In this document: one piece after another, positions 27,083 to 36,702 of the stretch
Layout of the letters: each line of letters begins with the position of its first letter
How positions within the stretch are numbered: position 1 is the first letter of the stretch
Origin: a bacterium
Lineage (GTDB): Bacteria; Patescibacteriota; Minisyncoccia; Portnoybacterales; UBA2143
Reading direction: 5' to 3'
DNA: 42,257 nucleotides
NCBI GenBank assembly: GCA_043818835.1
Contig: JBDRFK010000008.1
Span: forward strand, 1 to 42,257
Made by a program: the position numbers and the translations under genes
Notes under the pieces: generated by a model
Told to the model about the DNA's origin: nothing
What the model saw: only the letters and a program-made list of their open reading frames with translations
Databases searched by the model: none

Positions 27083-28051
27083 TTATTTAACCAAATTTGT
27101 CAATTTTATTTTAAATTTTCTCGCCACATTATATGCTTTATACCAGCTTTTTTTAAATACCAAATCGTAAGCGCCAGAATATATTACCTCTTTGCCTCCA
27201 AAACCACGCTTGAAGCGTGTTACTCCCGGCCATTTATTTTCATCAATACCCCAGAAATTATAATATTTATATCCACGCTCTTTGGCTCTCAATATTGTCT
27301 GCCATTGCAAAAGCGATGGCGCCATTACTTGGCGATATTCATGATCCGAAGCACCATGCAAATATGTTGCCGTATCACCAAAGTAAATTACTAAATTTGT
27401 AGTTATCGCTTTTTCCTTACAGATAGTCACATATATTTTTAACATGTCATTATCGTCTAAAACATCAACCATCTTTTTGTAATAATCTTTGGAGTGTGTA
27501 TAAAAATTATCTCTTTTTGAAGTTTTTTCAAGCAGTTTAAGAAATATACCGATAAATTCATGATCTTTAGTTTCCTCAAAAGTAACACCTTTTCGTTTGG
27601 CTAATTTAATATTATATCTCGTCTTCTGATGCATTTGGCTTAATAACTCCCTTTCTGTTTTGCTTAAATCTAAAATAAGTGTTTTTGACGGCTGAAGTTC
27701 TTTCTGAGATTTATTAAAACCAAATTCTGAATAATCAACATTATCCTTTGGTTCAACTTTAAAGAAAATACTTTTTTCTTCTCTGGCGATGATTTTTACT
27801 TTATTGACAAACTTTTCTATTTCTACGAGATTCTTCGCTTCACTCAGAATGACAGGTCTTGGACAATACAAATAGTTTCTACCCAACGGCAAATTATGCC
27901 TTATAATCAACGCCTTCAATCCATCAATTTCTATTCGCCAAATTTTTCTACCTAAGGATTTCTGAAACTCGCCCCACTCATAAGACTGCAAAAAAGAACC
28001 GTTGTTTTTAACAACAAATTCATTCCACTTGGTTTTGTTTTCATTGATCAT
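27083..28051 (-). CDS. FemABX-family peptidoglycan bridge aminoacyltransferase
   Basis: FLQSYEWG, KTRYNI, YLHGAS and GVTRFKRGFGG motifs. Confidence 0.93.
   Translation of the reverse strand: MINENKTKWNEFVVKNNGSFLQSYEWGEFQKSLGRKIWRIEIDGLKALIIRHNLPLGRNYLYCPRPVILSEAKNLVEIEKFVNKVKIIAREEKSIFFKVEPKDNVDYSEFGFNKSQKELQPSKTLILDLSKTERELLSQMHQKTRYNIKLAKRKGVTFEETKDHEFIGIFLKLLEKTSKRDNFYTHSKDYYKKMVDVLDDNDMLKIYVTICKEKAITTNLVIYFGDTATYLHGASDHEYRQVMAPSLLQWQTILRAKERGYKYYNFWGIDENKWPGVTRFKRGFGGKEVIYSGAYDLVFKKSWYKAYNVARKFKIKLTNLVK
27825..27854. repeat. REP-like half element (GTCATTCTGAG subfamily) in frame within the FemAB gene
   Basis: acgagattcttcg-cttca-ctcagaatgaca matches both ends of the intergenic arm 32993-33029; encodes VILSEAKNL. 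Confidence 0.85.
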
Positions 28052-28057
28052 AAAAAA

Positions 28058-28627
28058 TCACTTTCCCAAAAACTTTAACGCCTCTTTAACTCTGTTTTCT
28101 ATGTCTTCAATATTGTCTGGCACTTCTTTCAATGCGTCTTGAGCTTGACGACGAGTATAGCCCAAACTTTCTAAAGCATCAATCGCTTCACTATCTGCGC
28201 TTAATTGCTGAATATCAGAAACTGAAGCTGTAACTTTATTCTTAAGTTCCAAGATTACTCGCTCAGCCGTTTTTTGCCCAATACCTGACACCTTAGTCAA
28301 TAAAGATTTTTGTCCACTAGCGACTGCTTGCTTTAATTTATCAACTGACGCTAAACTTAAAATTGACAACGCCGCTTTTGGACCGATGCCACTGATAGAA
28401 ATTAGTAATTCAAAAAAGTCTAATTCTTCACAAGATAAAAAACCATACAAATCCATTATATTTTCTCTTATATACTGATGAGTAAATAATTTAGCTTCTG
28501 AACCATATGTGCCAATCTTATCCAAGACTACTGGAGGACAATAAACACGATACCCCACCCCGCCAATATCCAGTACAACAAACTTATTATTCTTTAATTC
28601 AATTTTTCCTTTGAGTATAAAAATCAT
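28058..28627 (-). CDS. ruvA: Holliday junction branch migration protein RuvA
   Basis: GGVGY, LYGF, ISGIGPKAA, GIGQKTAERVILELK and ALESLGY motifs. Confidence 0.97.
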   Translation of the reverse strand: MIFILKGKIELKNNKFVVLDIGGVGYRVYCPPVVLDKIGTYGSEAKLFTHQYIRENIMDLYGFLSCEELDFFELLISISGIGPKAALSILSLASVDKLKQAVASGQKSLLTKVSGIGQKTAERVILELKNKVTASVSDIQQLSADSEAIDALESLGYTRRQAQDALKEVPDNIEDIENRVKEALKFLGK

Positions 28628-28700
28628 ATCTAAATCGTAACATACCCTTGAAAAAAATTAAAGATAATGCTATGATACTTTGAATTACGAAATACATTTT

Positions 28701-28730
28701 TTGTCATTCCCGCTTTCGCAGGAATGACAA
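28701..28730. repeat. REP-like palindrome, GTCATTCCCG subfamily (short form)
   Basis: ttgtcattcccgctttcgcaggaatgacaa, upstream of rpsT. Confidence 0.8.
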
Positions 28731-28786
28731 AAAGAAAAATAAATTCGAAATTGATTCAAAATTAGAAATTATAAAATTAACTTATT

Positions 28787-29074
28787 ATGCCAATTACAAA
28801 ATCAGCAAAAAAAGCACTACGACAAAACCGCACAAAACGGAGTTTTAATCTTAAGCGAAAAAATGAAATGAAATCAATGATAAAGGAATTCCGGACATTA
28901 GTTTCAAACAGCAAAAAAGCTGAAGCTGAAGCTATTTTGTCAAAAGTATACAAAACCATTGATAAAGCTGCTAAGCGCGGTATCATTAAAGATAATACTG
29001 CCAGTCGCAAGAAATCTCGCTTAACCAAGTCATTAAATAAAATTGATCAAGTAGCTGCTAAAAACTTACGATAA
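28787..29074 (+). CDS. rpsT: 30S ribosomal protein S20
   Basis: MPITKSAKKALRQ and IDKAAKRGIIKDNTASRKKSRL motifs. Confidence 0.98.
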   Translation: MPITKSAKKALRQNRTKRSFNLKRKNEMKSMIKEFRTLVSNSKKAEAEAILSKVYKTIDKAAKRGIIKDNTASRKKSRLTKSLNKIDQVAAKNLR

Positions 29075-29098
29075 CAAAACATTACAAAGTCAACATTG

Positions 29099-29136
29099 AC
29101 CCAGTACTACAAGTTTGAAAACTTGTAGTACTGGGT
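29099..29136. terminator. 18-bp-arm hairpin after rpsT, abutting the TTGACA-17-TAACCT promoter of the next gene
   Basis: acccagtactacaagttt-ga-aaacttgtagtactgggt. Confidence 0.65.
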
Positions 29137-29177
29137 TGACAGCTGTGATTGAAATTGATAACCTGTTATTGTACCTT

Positions 29178-30293
29178 ATGTGTACAAGGATAAAACGTCT
29201 TGTTACAGCCGTTAAAGACAAATGTAGCAAGATTGACATAAGAAATCACAAAAAACTGCTCTGGGCGGCAGTTATTTTATTTTGCTCATTTATAGCAATT
29301 TTTTCACCATTAAAGGGTATTGAACACTTAATATTTCTTAAAAAGAGTAATAATAACAATAATCAAGAAAGTTTTGTTGCTAAAAAGCCTCAAATAGTTC
29401 AAAGTGCTTTTTCGGCTAATGGGCTATATTTAACTGCTAATTCTTTAGCCTGTATTACTAATCCAGTAGATAATGATTCTGACAATCAAGTAAATGGATA
29501 CATAAACGAAGAATCTTCATTAATAGTTGTCCAAAAAAGCGCTCTTGTGAATCGCTTAAATCCTGTAACTTTTGTATCTCAACAACCACGCGAGGAAATT
29601 ACCACCTATGTTGTTCAAGAAGGCGACACAATTATTGGCATTGCCGCTATTCATGGCATCACCACTAATACACTATTGTGGGCTAATGAATTAACTGGTT
29701 ATAGCATTATTCGTCCCGGTGATGAATTAACGATACCCCCTATCAGCGGTGTTATCCATCGTGTTAAGGATGGTGATACTATTGGCGCCATCGCTAGTAA
29801 ATACAACGCAAAATCTGATACAATCATTACCTTTAATGATTTACCGGCCGATGGGAGTATTTCTATTGGCGAAAAGTTAATTATTCCTGATGGACAAATG
29901 CCCGCCGCGCCAAAACCAAAATCAACCTACAGCGAATACAGTTATGCCAGCGTTAGCGGACCGGGCACTGGCAAAAGTCACGCATTCCCGTGGGGTCAAT
30001 GCACGTGGTATGCTGCTCAAAAAAGATATGTTCCATGGTCAGGACACGCTAAATATTGGTTAGACAATGCCAGAGCGTATGGGTATCAAACTGGCACAGC
30101 CCCACAAGCGGGCGCTATTGTTGTCTTATCTGAAGGCGGATGGATGGGTCGTTTATATGGACACGTCGCTTATGTTGAATCTGTCAAAAACGGTTGGGTA
30201 ACAATTTCAGAAATGAATTATCGCTGTTTAGGATGTCGTAGTGTTCGCACCTTAAGCATGCACGACAAGAGTATCCGCGGATATATTTACTAA
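29178..30293 (+). CDS. LysM-LysM-CHAP peptidoglycan hydrolase
   Basis: YVVQEGDT and HRVKDGDT LysM repeats; GQCTWY, GHVAYV and SEMN CHAP motifs. ATG at 29178 preferred because the ORF-track start lies in the hairpin. Confidence 0.92.
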   Translation: MCTRIKRLVTAVKDKCSKIDIRNHKKLLWAAVILFCSFIAIFSPLKGIEHLIFLKKSNNNNNQESFVAKKPQIVQSAFSANGLYLTANSLACITNPVDNDSDNQVNGYINEESSLIVVQKSALVNRLNPVTFVSQQPREEITTYVVQEGDTIIGIAAIHGITTNTLLWANELTGYSIIRPGDELTIPPISGVIHRVKDGDTIGAIASKYNAKSDTIITFNDLPADGSISIGEKLIIPDGQMPAAPKPKSTYSEYSYASVSGPGTGKSHAFPWGQCTWYAAQKRYVPWSGHAKYWLDNARAYGYQTGTAPQAGAIVVLSEGGWMGRLYGHVAYVESVKNGWVTISEMNYRCLGCRSVRTLSMHDKSIRGYIY

Positions 30294-30300
30294 TATTCGC

Positions 30301-30352
30301 TATCGTTCCCGTGAAAACGGGAATCCAATTATGAACGGGTTATTCCCGTTTT
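30301..30352. repeat. Degenerate REP-like element, GTCATTCCCG subfamily
   Basis: atcgttcccgtgaaaacgggaatcca followed by a partial attcccgtttt arm. Confidence 0.65.
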
Positions 30353-30418
30353 TTTGTTTTTATAATTATTATTTTGTTCACCGTTCACTGTTCAGTGTTT
30401 TTTTGTTATATTATTAAT

Positions 30419-31273
30419 ATGACTTCATCAATGAAAAACAAATTTTTAATAATCATAATATTTTTAGAACTCGCCGTTATTGGCTTTTTTGTTATTTATC
30501 CGCAAATATTCAAATTAGAAAGTCAGATTAATATTTCAGTTGATCCTTATCAAATAGTTTTCCAATTTAACCAACCAGTCGTCAAAAGCACTTTTGAGAA
30601 AACATTTACAATAGAACCTAACACAAAAGGCCAATTCACTTGGTCTGATCATAACCGACAAGTCATTTTTAAGCCACGCTATTTATTTTATGGTTCAGAT
30701 TATCTTGTTTCTATAAAAAATGTACGCAGCTGGATATTAACAAAATTAATTAAAAAAGATATAAAATTCCGTTTAGAACCACCTTCTTCCGTTAATTTAG
30801 CCAGTTTGGAAAGAATTTTTCCTGTTAAATTACCGATATCAGAAAAAAACGTTTTTACTAAACCAAGCGGCAAAACAGTTGAAATTGCGCCAACCACAAC
30901 CGCTGAAGGGAAATATATTGATATAGATATCAGTGATCAAATTATGACTACTTATGATAATGGAAATATCATCGGTGTTTATGAAATCTCTACGGGTAGA
31001 TACAATATGCCCACACCAACTGGGAAATTTAGCATTTTAAGTAAAGAAGAGAATCACTGGTCTACTCAGTATAACTTATGGATGCCCTTTTCAATGCGAT
31101 TTTATTCAGGCTTTTTTATCCACGAACTGCCCTATTGGCCCAGTGGCTACCGCGAAGGCGAAGATCATTTAGGCACCCGCGTTTCTCACGGATGCATTCG
31201 CCTCGGCATCGGCCCCGCCGAAGAAGTTTTTAACTTTTCTGATATGGGTACATCTGTGGTTATACATGAGTAA
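30419..31273 (+). CDS. L,D-transpeptidase (YkuD) with N-terminal TM and Ig-like domain
   Basis: ISTG..PTPTG, IHELP and SHGCIRL motifs. ATG at 30419 or 30431. Confidence 0.92.
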   Translation: MTSSMKNKFLIIIIFLELAVIGFFVIYPQIFKLESQINISVDPYQIVFQFNQPVVKSTFEKTFTIEPNTKGQFTWSDHNRQVIFKPRYLFYGSDYLVSIKNVRSWILTKLIKKDIKFRLEPPSSVNLASLERIFPVKLPISEKNVFTKPSGKTVEIAPTTTAEGKYIDIDISDQIMTTYDNGNIIGVYEISTGRYNMPTPTGKFSILSKEENHWSTQYNLWMPFSMRFYSGFFIHELPYWPSGYREGEDHLGTRVSHGCIRLGIGPAEEVFNFSDMGTSVVIHE

Positions 31274-31325
31274 AACAGCATATTTAAGCCAAAATAAACG
31301 GCTCATACCCTGAGCCGTTTATTTT
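31272..31325. terminator. Bidirectional terminator, second copy of the 421-471 element
   Basis: gcatatttaagc-c-aaaataaacggctca-taccc-tgagccgtttatttt between convergent genes. Confidence 0.78.
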
Positions 31326-32864
31326 TTAGTACTCTTCACTCTTTGGTCTGTATTGTAATGCTTCAGCAATATGAATTTGGGTGATATTTTCCTCATCTGC
31401 CAAATCAGCGATAGTCCTAGCAAGTTTCAGCAATCTATAATACGATCTCGCCGATAAATGTAACTGGTTAACTGCTGTTTTTAATAAATTTTGACTTTGT
31501 TGATCAATTTTGCAAAATTTTCTAATATGTTGGTTACCCATCTCACTATTGGTTAAAACATTTTTATCATCCTTAAATCTTATCTGTTGTATTTTTCTAG
31601 TTTTTTCAATTCTTTTACGAATAGATTTTGACGACTCCCCTGATTTGTCATCAGAAAGTTTATCATATGCCACTCGTGGCACTTCAATATGCAGATCTAT
31701 TCTATCCAACAAAGGACCTGATATTTTTCTCTGGTATTTTGATACCTGTGATGGAGAACAAATACATTGTTGATCGGAATCACCTGCTTTACCACACGGA
31801 CAAGGGTTCATTGAGCCAACAAGAATAAACTTTGCCGGAAAATTACAACTACCGCTTACTCGCGACACCATTATTTCTCCGTCTTCCAACGGCTGACGTA
31901 AACTTTCCAAAAAACTTCTGGTAAATTCTGGAAATTCATCTAAAAACAAAACTCCACGATGAGCCAGAGTTACCTCGCCCGGACGAGGATGTGTCCCTCC
32001 GCCTACCAAAGATATCGTTGAAGCAGTATGATGGGGCGCGCGAAAGGGCCTCTCTGTTATTAAAGATATATCACTCGGCAATTGCCCAGAAACACTGAAG
32101 ATCTGAGTTACCTCTAATGCTTCGTCAACATCTAAAGCTGGCAGAATAGAAGCAAAACTACGAGCTAACATTGTTTTTCCAGAACCGGGTGGCCCGCTCA
32201 TCAATATATTATGACCACCAGCCGCAGCAATTTCTAAGGCTCTTTTAACTTGCTCCTGCCCTCGGATGTAAGCCATATCTATCAAATTATCCGTATCTTT
32301 ATAGAATCTTTCTATCTTTGTTGTTTCTTTAGGTAAAATCAACTCATTATTTCTAAAATGATTTATCAATTGCCCTAAAGATTCTACTGGAATAATTTCT
32401 AATCCCTCTATCAATGCCGCTTCTTCAGCATTTTGTTTAGGTACGAATAATGTTTGGAATTTTTCCTCCCTCGCCATTAATGCAATAGATAGAATCCCAT
32501 TTACTTGTCGCAATTTTCCTTCTAAAGATAATTCACCGATAAATAATTTTTCATCTGGTCTATCAATATGTAATTGACCAGAGGCTGACAAGAAAGACAT
32601 AGCTATCGGCAAATCATAAGCTGGCCCAACCTTTTTTAAATCTGCTGGAGCTAAATTAACTATCAATCGCTTTCTTTTTTGTTGAGGAGATTCTGCTCCG
32701 CTATTTTTTATCGCCGAAGAGACTCTTTCTTTGGCTTCATTTATCGCTGCATCTGGCAAACCAACAATACTAAATTGAAATAAACCCGGCAACAAATCAA
32801 CTTCAACCTCAACTGGCAAAGCGCTTAAACCATTCAATGCTGCAGAATATACTTTAGCAATCAT
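31326..32864 (-). CDS. comM: ComM/YifB Mg-chelatase-like AAA+ ATPase (competence helicase)
   Basis: IVGLPD, NLAPADL, GPPGSGKT, RPFRAPHH, LFLDE and NPCPCG motifs. Start at MIAKV (32864). Confidence 0.95.
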   Translation of the reverse strand: MIAKVYSAALNGLSALPVEVEVDLLPGLFQFSIVGLPDAAINEAKERVSSAIKNSGAESPQQKRKRLIVNLAPADLKKVGPAYDLPIAMSFLSASGQLHIDRPDEKLFIGELSLEGKLRQVNGILSIALMAREEKFQTLFVPKQNAEEAALIEGLEIIPVESLGQLINHFRNNELILPKETTKIERFYKDTDNLIDMAYIRGQEQVKRALEIAAAGGHNILMSGPPGSGKTMLARSFASILPALDVDEALEVTQIFSVSGQLPSDISLITERPFRAPHHTASTISLVGGGTHPRPGEVTLAHRGVLFLDEFPEFTRSFLESLRQPLEDGEIMVSRVSGSCNFPAKFILVGSMNPCPCGKAGDSDQQCICSPSQVSKYQRKISGPLLDRIDLHIEVPRVAYDKLSDDKSGESSKSIRKRIEKTRKIQQIRFKDDKNVLTNSEMGNQHIRKFCKIDQQSQNLLKTAVNQLHLSARSYYRLLKLARTIADLADEENITQIHIAEALQYRPKSEEY

Positions 32865-32881
32865 AGATTTATTTTTGATTA

Positions 32882-33056
32882 ACATGAATCCAAGAACTCT
32901 CTTCTGTTATTATTCTAAAGTGATTTCTACTAAGTCATCCTGAGACAGTAGCCGAAGGATCTCGCAGAAAAAACCATGTTCGTTGTTTGTCCACGAGATT
33001 CTTCGGTCGCTTTCTCCCTCAGAATGACAAAAGAAATAGAATTCTTGGATTCATGT
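32882..33056. mobile_element. MITE-like composite: 19-bp terminal inverted repeats enclosing a GTCATCCTGAG REP doublet
   Basis: acatgaatccaagaactct / agaattcttggattcatgt (18/19 match); inner doublet at 32934-33028. Confidence 0.7.
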
Positions 33057-33127
33057 ATGATAATTGTTCAATTAAAAAATAACCTACCAATATTTTAGCA
33101 GATTATTTTATATATTCAAAAAAATTA

Positions 33128-33490
33128 CTATTTGCTACATTTTATACAAATATTCGCTTCTGGGTTTACTAACATTCTCTCTATTTTTATATCTTCACCA
33201 CAATTCTCGCATTTACCATACTTGCCTTGCTTTATTTTTTCCAAAGCGCTATCTATATCTTTTAATCTTGTTTCTAAGGTATGTTCAATTGGCAAGAGTT
33301 TTGCGTATTCCTCAACCTCTTCCGAAGCAGAATCTTCCAAAGAACGACTAACCCCAAGTGAAGGAAATTTTGTACGCCAATTACCTTTAATTTTTGGATC
33401 TTTCTTAGCAAAAAACTTAAGATCTTTAGTCAATCTCTTTTTTTCTTGTTCTAATTTATCTTTTAATCTTTTTTCAATATCTTTTTCCAT
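33128..33490 (-). CDS. DksA/TraR family C4 zinc-finger protein
   Basis: Coiled coil plus YGKCENCG...I..ER...PEA..CIKC. Confidence 0.92.
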   Translation of the reverse strand: MEKDIEKRLKDKLEQEKKRLTKDLKFFAKKDPKIKGNWRTKFPSLGVSRSLEDSASEEVEEYAKLLPIEHTLETRLKDIDSALEKIKQGKYGKCENCGEDIKIERMLVNPEANICIKCSK

Positions 33491-33517
33491 ATTATTTCAA
33501 TCATAACTCCTACATTA

Positions 33518-33594
33518 ATAATATTAAAACCATACCCAACTGTCAATACAAAAAGACCAGAACTATTGACTTGATTTCGTTTTTGTGGTATATT
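33518..33594. promoter_or_regulatory. Divergent sigma70-like promoters
   Basis: Minus strand TTGACA-17-TATTAT (33546-33518) toward the DksA-family gene. Plus strand TTGACT-17-TATATT with TG (33566-33594). Confidence 0.65.
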
Positions 33595-33888
33595 AAAAGG
33601 GCCTTGATAAACCCCTATGTTGTTGTTATATGGGTTCAAGACCCTTTTAGCTCTCCTAAAATAAATAAGGTATTACCTTGTATCGCAGCATACAGAAACT
33701 GAATTTCTGCTTCTTAAATTTATTCGGCAATTTTACAAAATATGCTACAAATAAACAAGACGTTACCATTATCTCTTTTATGATTATTCTAAGAAAGCTA
33801 GACCTTTAGTTTTTACCAATTACCCTCCCCAGAAGTTAAAAAGAACTATTTTATATAATTAAGTTAATCAGTAAAAACTCTTATTTAT

Positions 33889-33944
33889 ATTTTACCAATT
33901 ATAAATATACTGTCAATCCCCTTTTTATCCACAACCTATCCACA
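33889..33944. promoter_or_regulatory. Minus-strand promoter TTGACA-16-TAAAAT next to two DnaA-box-like 9-mers
   Basis: Promoter 33916-33889; TTATCCACA at 33925-33933 and CTATCCACA at 33936-33944. Confidence 0.55.
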
Positions 33945-33965
33945 GTTTTTTGTTTCATCGACCCA

Positions 33966-34925
33966 TTATGGGTCTTTTATTTTAGAAAAATACTCTTTTT
34001 CTAATTCTAAATTTTTAGAAATAGGATAATGAAAGACTAATGCTTCATCGCTCAAACATAAATGCGCCCACCTGTTATTACGCATTTCGCTTAACGTAGA
34101 TGATAAATATGCAGGATTAACCTTACGACTAATCTTATTTTTCTGCAATATAGATAACCAATCCTCAATACAATCACCCAATATAGAATCTAAAAAAAAC
34201 TCTACAGTCTCGGCAACAGCTCTTAAAAACTTGTTTTTATTGATTTTTTTTAAATGTTCATTACTATCAAATATACCAAAAAATGGCAAATAATCACCTA
34301 CCCACTGGTTATTATTTGCAAAGATATCAAACGCATCTCCCCAAAGAGGCGTTAACTGCGCGCAAAAATGCGCTCGGGATAAGTTTTTAAGCTGTAATTC
34401 CAATGATTTATCAGTTACAAACCAATTAAGACAAATTCTATCCTTTATCTTCTGTCCATGCCGACGACATCCTATAATTTGTAAAATAATATTTAGCAAC
34501 GCCCTAACCGTCCAGATACGACCATTTTTAGACACTACCATCAAATCCAAATCACTCGCAGAACCAGCATTATTGATCGCTAAAGAACCACTAACGGCAA
34601 TACCACGCGTATATGGTATAATTTGCAATATTTTTACTATCCTTATTGTTTTTTTCCATTTTTTATCGGCTATTTTTTGCCTTTCTATACGATCTTTAAC
34701 GCAATTGCTATTCTTTTTATAAAAATAAAAGCCATGATATTGGCTTATTGTTTTATTTGAATCTAATATTGATAATATTTCGTTAAAATCAGGTTTTTCA
34801 ATAAATTCTTTTTTTAAAAAATTTAAATATTTATAAATTTCAAAAGCGGTTAAAGGATAACCGCCTAAAACATCATAGTAAACAAGCGTATAAATAATAC
34901 TTTTTTCTAAATCTACTCTATCCAT
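33966..34925 (-). CDS. Pol-beta-superfamily nucleotidyltransferase-like protein
   Basis: SGSLA......SDLDL signature; N-terminal YPLT..EI helical domain. Confidence 0.75.
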   Translation of the reverse strand: MDRVDLEKSIIYTLVYYDVLGGYPLTAFEIYKYLNFLKKEFIEKPDFNEILSILDSNKTISQYHGFYFYKKNSNCVKDRIERQKIADKKWKKTIRIVKILQIIPYTRGIAVSGSLAINNAGSASDLDLMVVSKNGRIWTVRALLNIILQIIGCRRHGQKIKDRICLNWFVTDKSLELQLKNLSRAHFCAQLTPLWGDAFDIFANNNQWVGDYLPFFGIFDSNEHLKKINKNKFLRAVAETVEFFLDSILGDCIEDWLSILQKNKISRKVNPAYLSSTLSEMRNNRWAHLCLSDEALVFHYPISKNLELEKEYFSKIKDP

Positions 34926-34940
34926 TTAGTATTCTGCCGA

Positions 34941-36581
34941 TTATTCCTCCAACGCATCCAAAACTCGGCGAGTAGTATTTTTCGACGTACCGATTATCAG
35001 CAAATCATCTTTAATAGCGTAATCTACTGTTATTGTTGTAATCGGCAAATTAATATAACGCAGTAATTCAGCTCCTTTATAGTTAGACATTGAAGAATCT
35101 TGAAACTCAATACCTTCAATTTTGCTTATTGGTGATAAAATAATATTTTCTAAATCATCAACTATCGTTTCTTCCCAATTTAAAAGACTACTCTTGAGCA
35201 AATTTGTATCAGACATTTTTATTACCAATACTAATCTTGGGCCATAACAAGATTCGTCAAGAATATTGTTCTCTTCGCAAATATCTTTTTCTGCATCACT
35301 CGGATTGTATGCCAATAAAGTATAATCATTCGATTTATTTAATAAATTTACGGGAAAACCAGTTACACCCTTGTTAAACAGCATCATTATTTCGGCAAGA
35401 GAGGCATACTGACTTTGATTGTTTGATAATTTAACCAATATTCTAGTTAGATTGTCCTTCTCGCTATCCTTAATCTTATCTACTAATTTATTCAAGCCCA
35501 ATTCAAAAGAGAACAAATGATCTTGTGTTACAAAAACAGACAGATTGTCCTCGTCACCGATACTCACCTCGATGGTTTCGGTATTTTCTATTACAACTAA
35601 AGATTCTGGTTCTTGTGTCTCTACAGAAACACAATCAGCGCTAACCTGACATTCATCAACGCCTTCGCCGTCAACACTAATACATTGAAATTCTTGACAC
35701 TCAAAATGAGTTACAGGCAATGACGCTTCACGCGCATAATTCCACCAAAAAACAAATCCACCAACTAAAGCCAAAATTATAACCACAACCCCCAAAATAA
35801 CAAAAATCATTTTTTTACTTTTGGGCTTTGAAGTGATTATTGCCTCTTTCTTTTCTTCGCTGAACTCTTCTTTTTTAATTTCGTCTTTACTTATTTTCTG
35901 CTCTGGCTCTATTTTTTTTATAGGCGTTGGGGTCACCGGAGGTATTGGCATTTTAAATGGTACAGATGGTACAGACATCTTTTCTTTTTCATAATCCTCA
36001 CTTACGCGCCCCATCTCTGTAATAACATCTTTATATACTTGTCGTGTGGCTTCTTTACTCGCAATAGCTTTTAATTCGTCTTGTGGCTTATCTATTTCTT
36101 GCTCTCTTTTCAACTCAACTATAGGTAAATTTTTTGGAGGCACTGCCACTTTTGAAGGATTTTCTCCTTTTTTAAGCATTTCTATATCACCATACATAGT
36201 TCTTATTTTGGGTTCAACATCAACACCATCCTCTCGAGTAATATATGATTCAACACTCTGTGCTTTGGAATTTAGCGTTTCGTTATTCTTGATATCTTGA
36301 TTATTTTCTTTTTTAGGTATTACAACTTTAGGTATCGCAGATATATCATTTTTTGATACAGGAGGCACAGGAGGCACAAAAATTTTTGGAGAAATTGGCG
36401 ATTTTGAAATTATATCTTTTTCTTTATCAACCATTTCTGATTTTGGCACATTTGGAAATTTAATATCACTAACACCGTTAGATTCGTGTCTTTCATTTAA
36501 CTCGTTTGTTTGCTTAGACGTAATACCGCCTACTAATGGTGGATCAGTTTTAATCTGATGGTCGTTATAATTATTATCCAT
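34941..36581 (-). CDS. Single-pass membrane protein with long Pro/Lys/Glu-rich disordered N-terminus
   Basis: IRTM..D motif, one TM helix, Cys-rich CQEFQC...DECQVSADC segment, then a globular domain. Confidence 0.85.
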   Translation of the reverse strand: MDNNYNDHQIKTDPPLVGGITSKQTNELNERHESNGVSDIKFPNVPKSEMVDKEKDIISKSPISPKIFVPPVPPVSKNDISAIPKVVIPKKENNQDIKNNETLNSKAQSVESYITREDGVDVEPKIRTMYGDIEMLKKGENPSKVAVPPKNLPIVELKREQEIDKPQDELKAIASKEATRQVYKDVITEMGRVSEDYEKEKMSVPSVPFKMPIPPVTPTPIKKIEPEQKISKDEIKKEEFSEEKKEAIITSKPKSKKMIFVILGVVVIILALVGGFVFWWNYAREASLPVTHFECQEFQCISVDGEGVDECQVSADCVSVETQEPESLVVIENTETIEVSIGDEDNLSVFVTQDHLFSFELGLNKLVDKIKDSEKDNLTRILVKLSNNQSQYASLAEIMMLFNKGVTGFPVNLLNKSNDYTLLAYNPSDAEKDICEENNILDESCYGPRLVLVIKMSDTNLLKSSLLNWEETIVDDLENIILSPISKIEGIEFQDSSMSNYKGAELLRYINLPITTITVDYAIKDDLLIIGTSKNTTRRVLDALEE

Positions 36582-36586
36582 GCTAT

Positions 36587-36680
36587 AACAAATCCGCTGA
36601 AGAACAGCGGATTGCTCCTCCTATAAATTGTATCACAAAATAACTTATCTTAGAAATAAACCTGTGGAGAATATTTATTT
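36587..36680. repeat. 94-bp perfect direct repeat, copy 1
   Basis: Identical to 37892-37985. Confidence 0.95.
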
Positions 36681-36702
36681 TGCAAATTCAATTCTTTTCT
36701 TA

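Noticed and set aside
28777-29028. 83-aa minus ORF
   Set aside because: Antisense shadow of rpsT.
33925-33944. oriC at the two DnaA-box-like sites
   Set aside because: Only two boxes, no dnaA or dnaN nearby, and no switch in gene strand bias.
36524-36545. Possible third coding micro-repeat (DPPLVGG, ccacc...ggcgg) in the 546-aa gene
   Set aside because: Stem too short and no clear second copy in the window.
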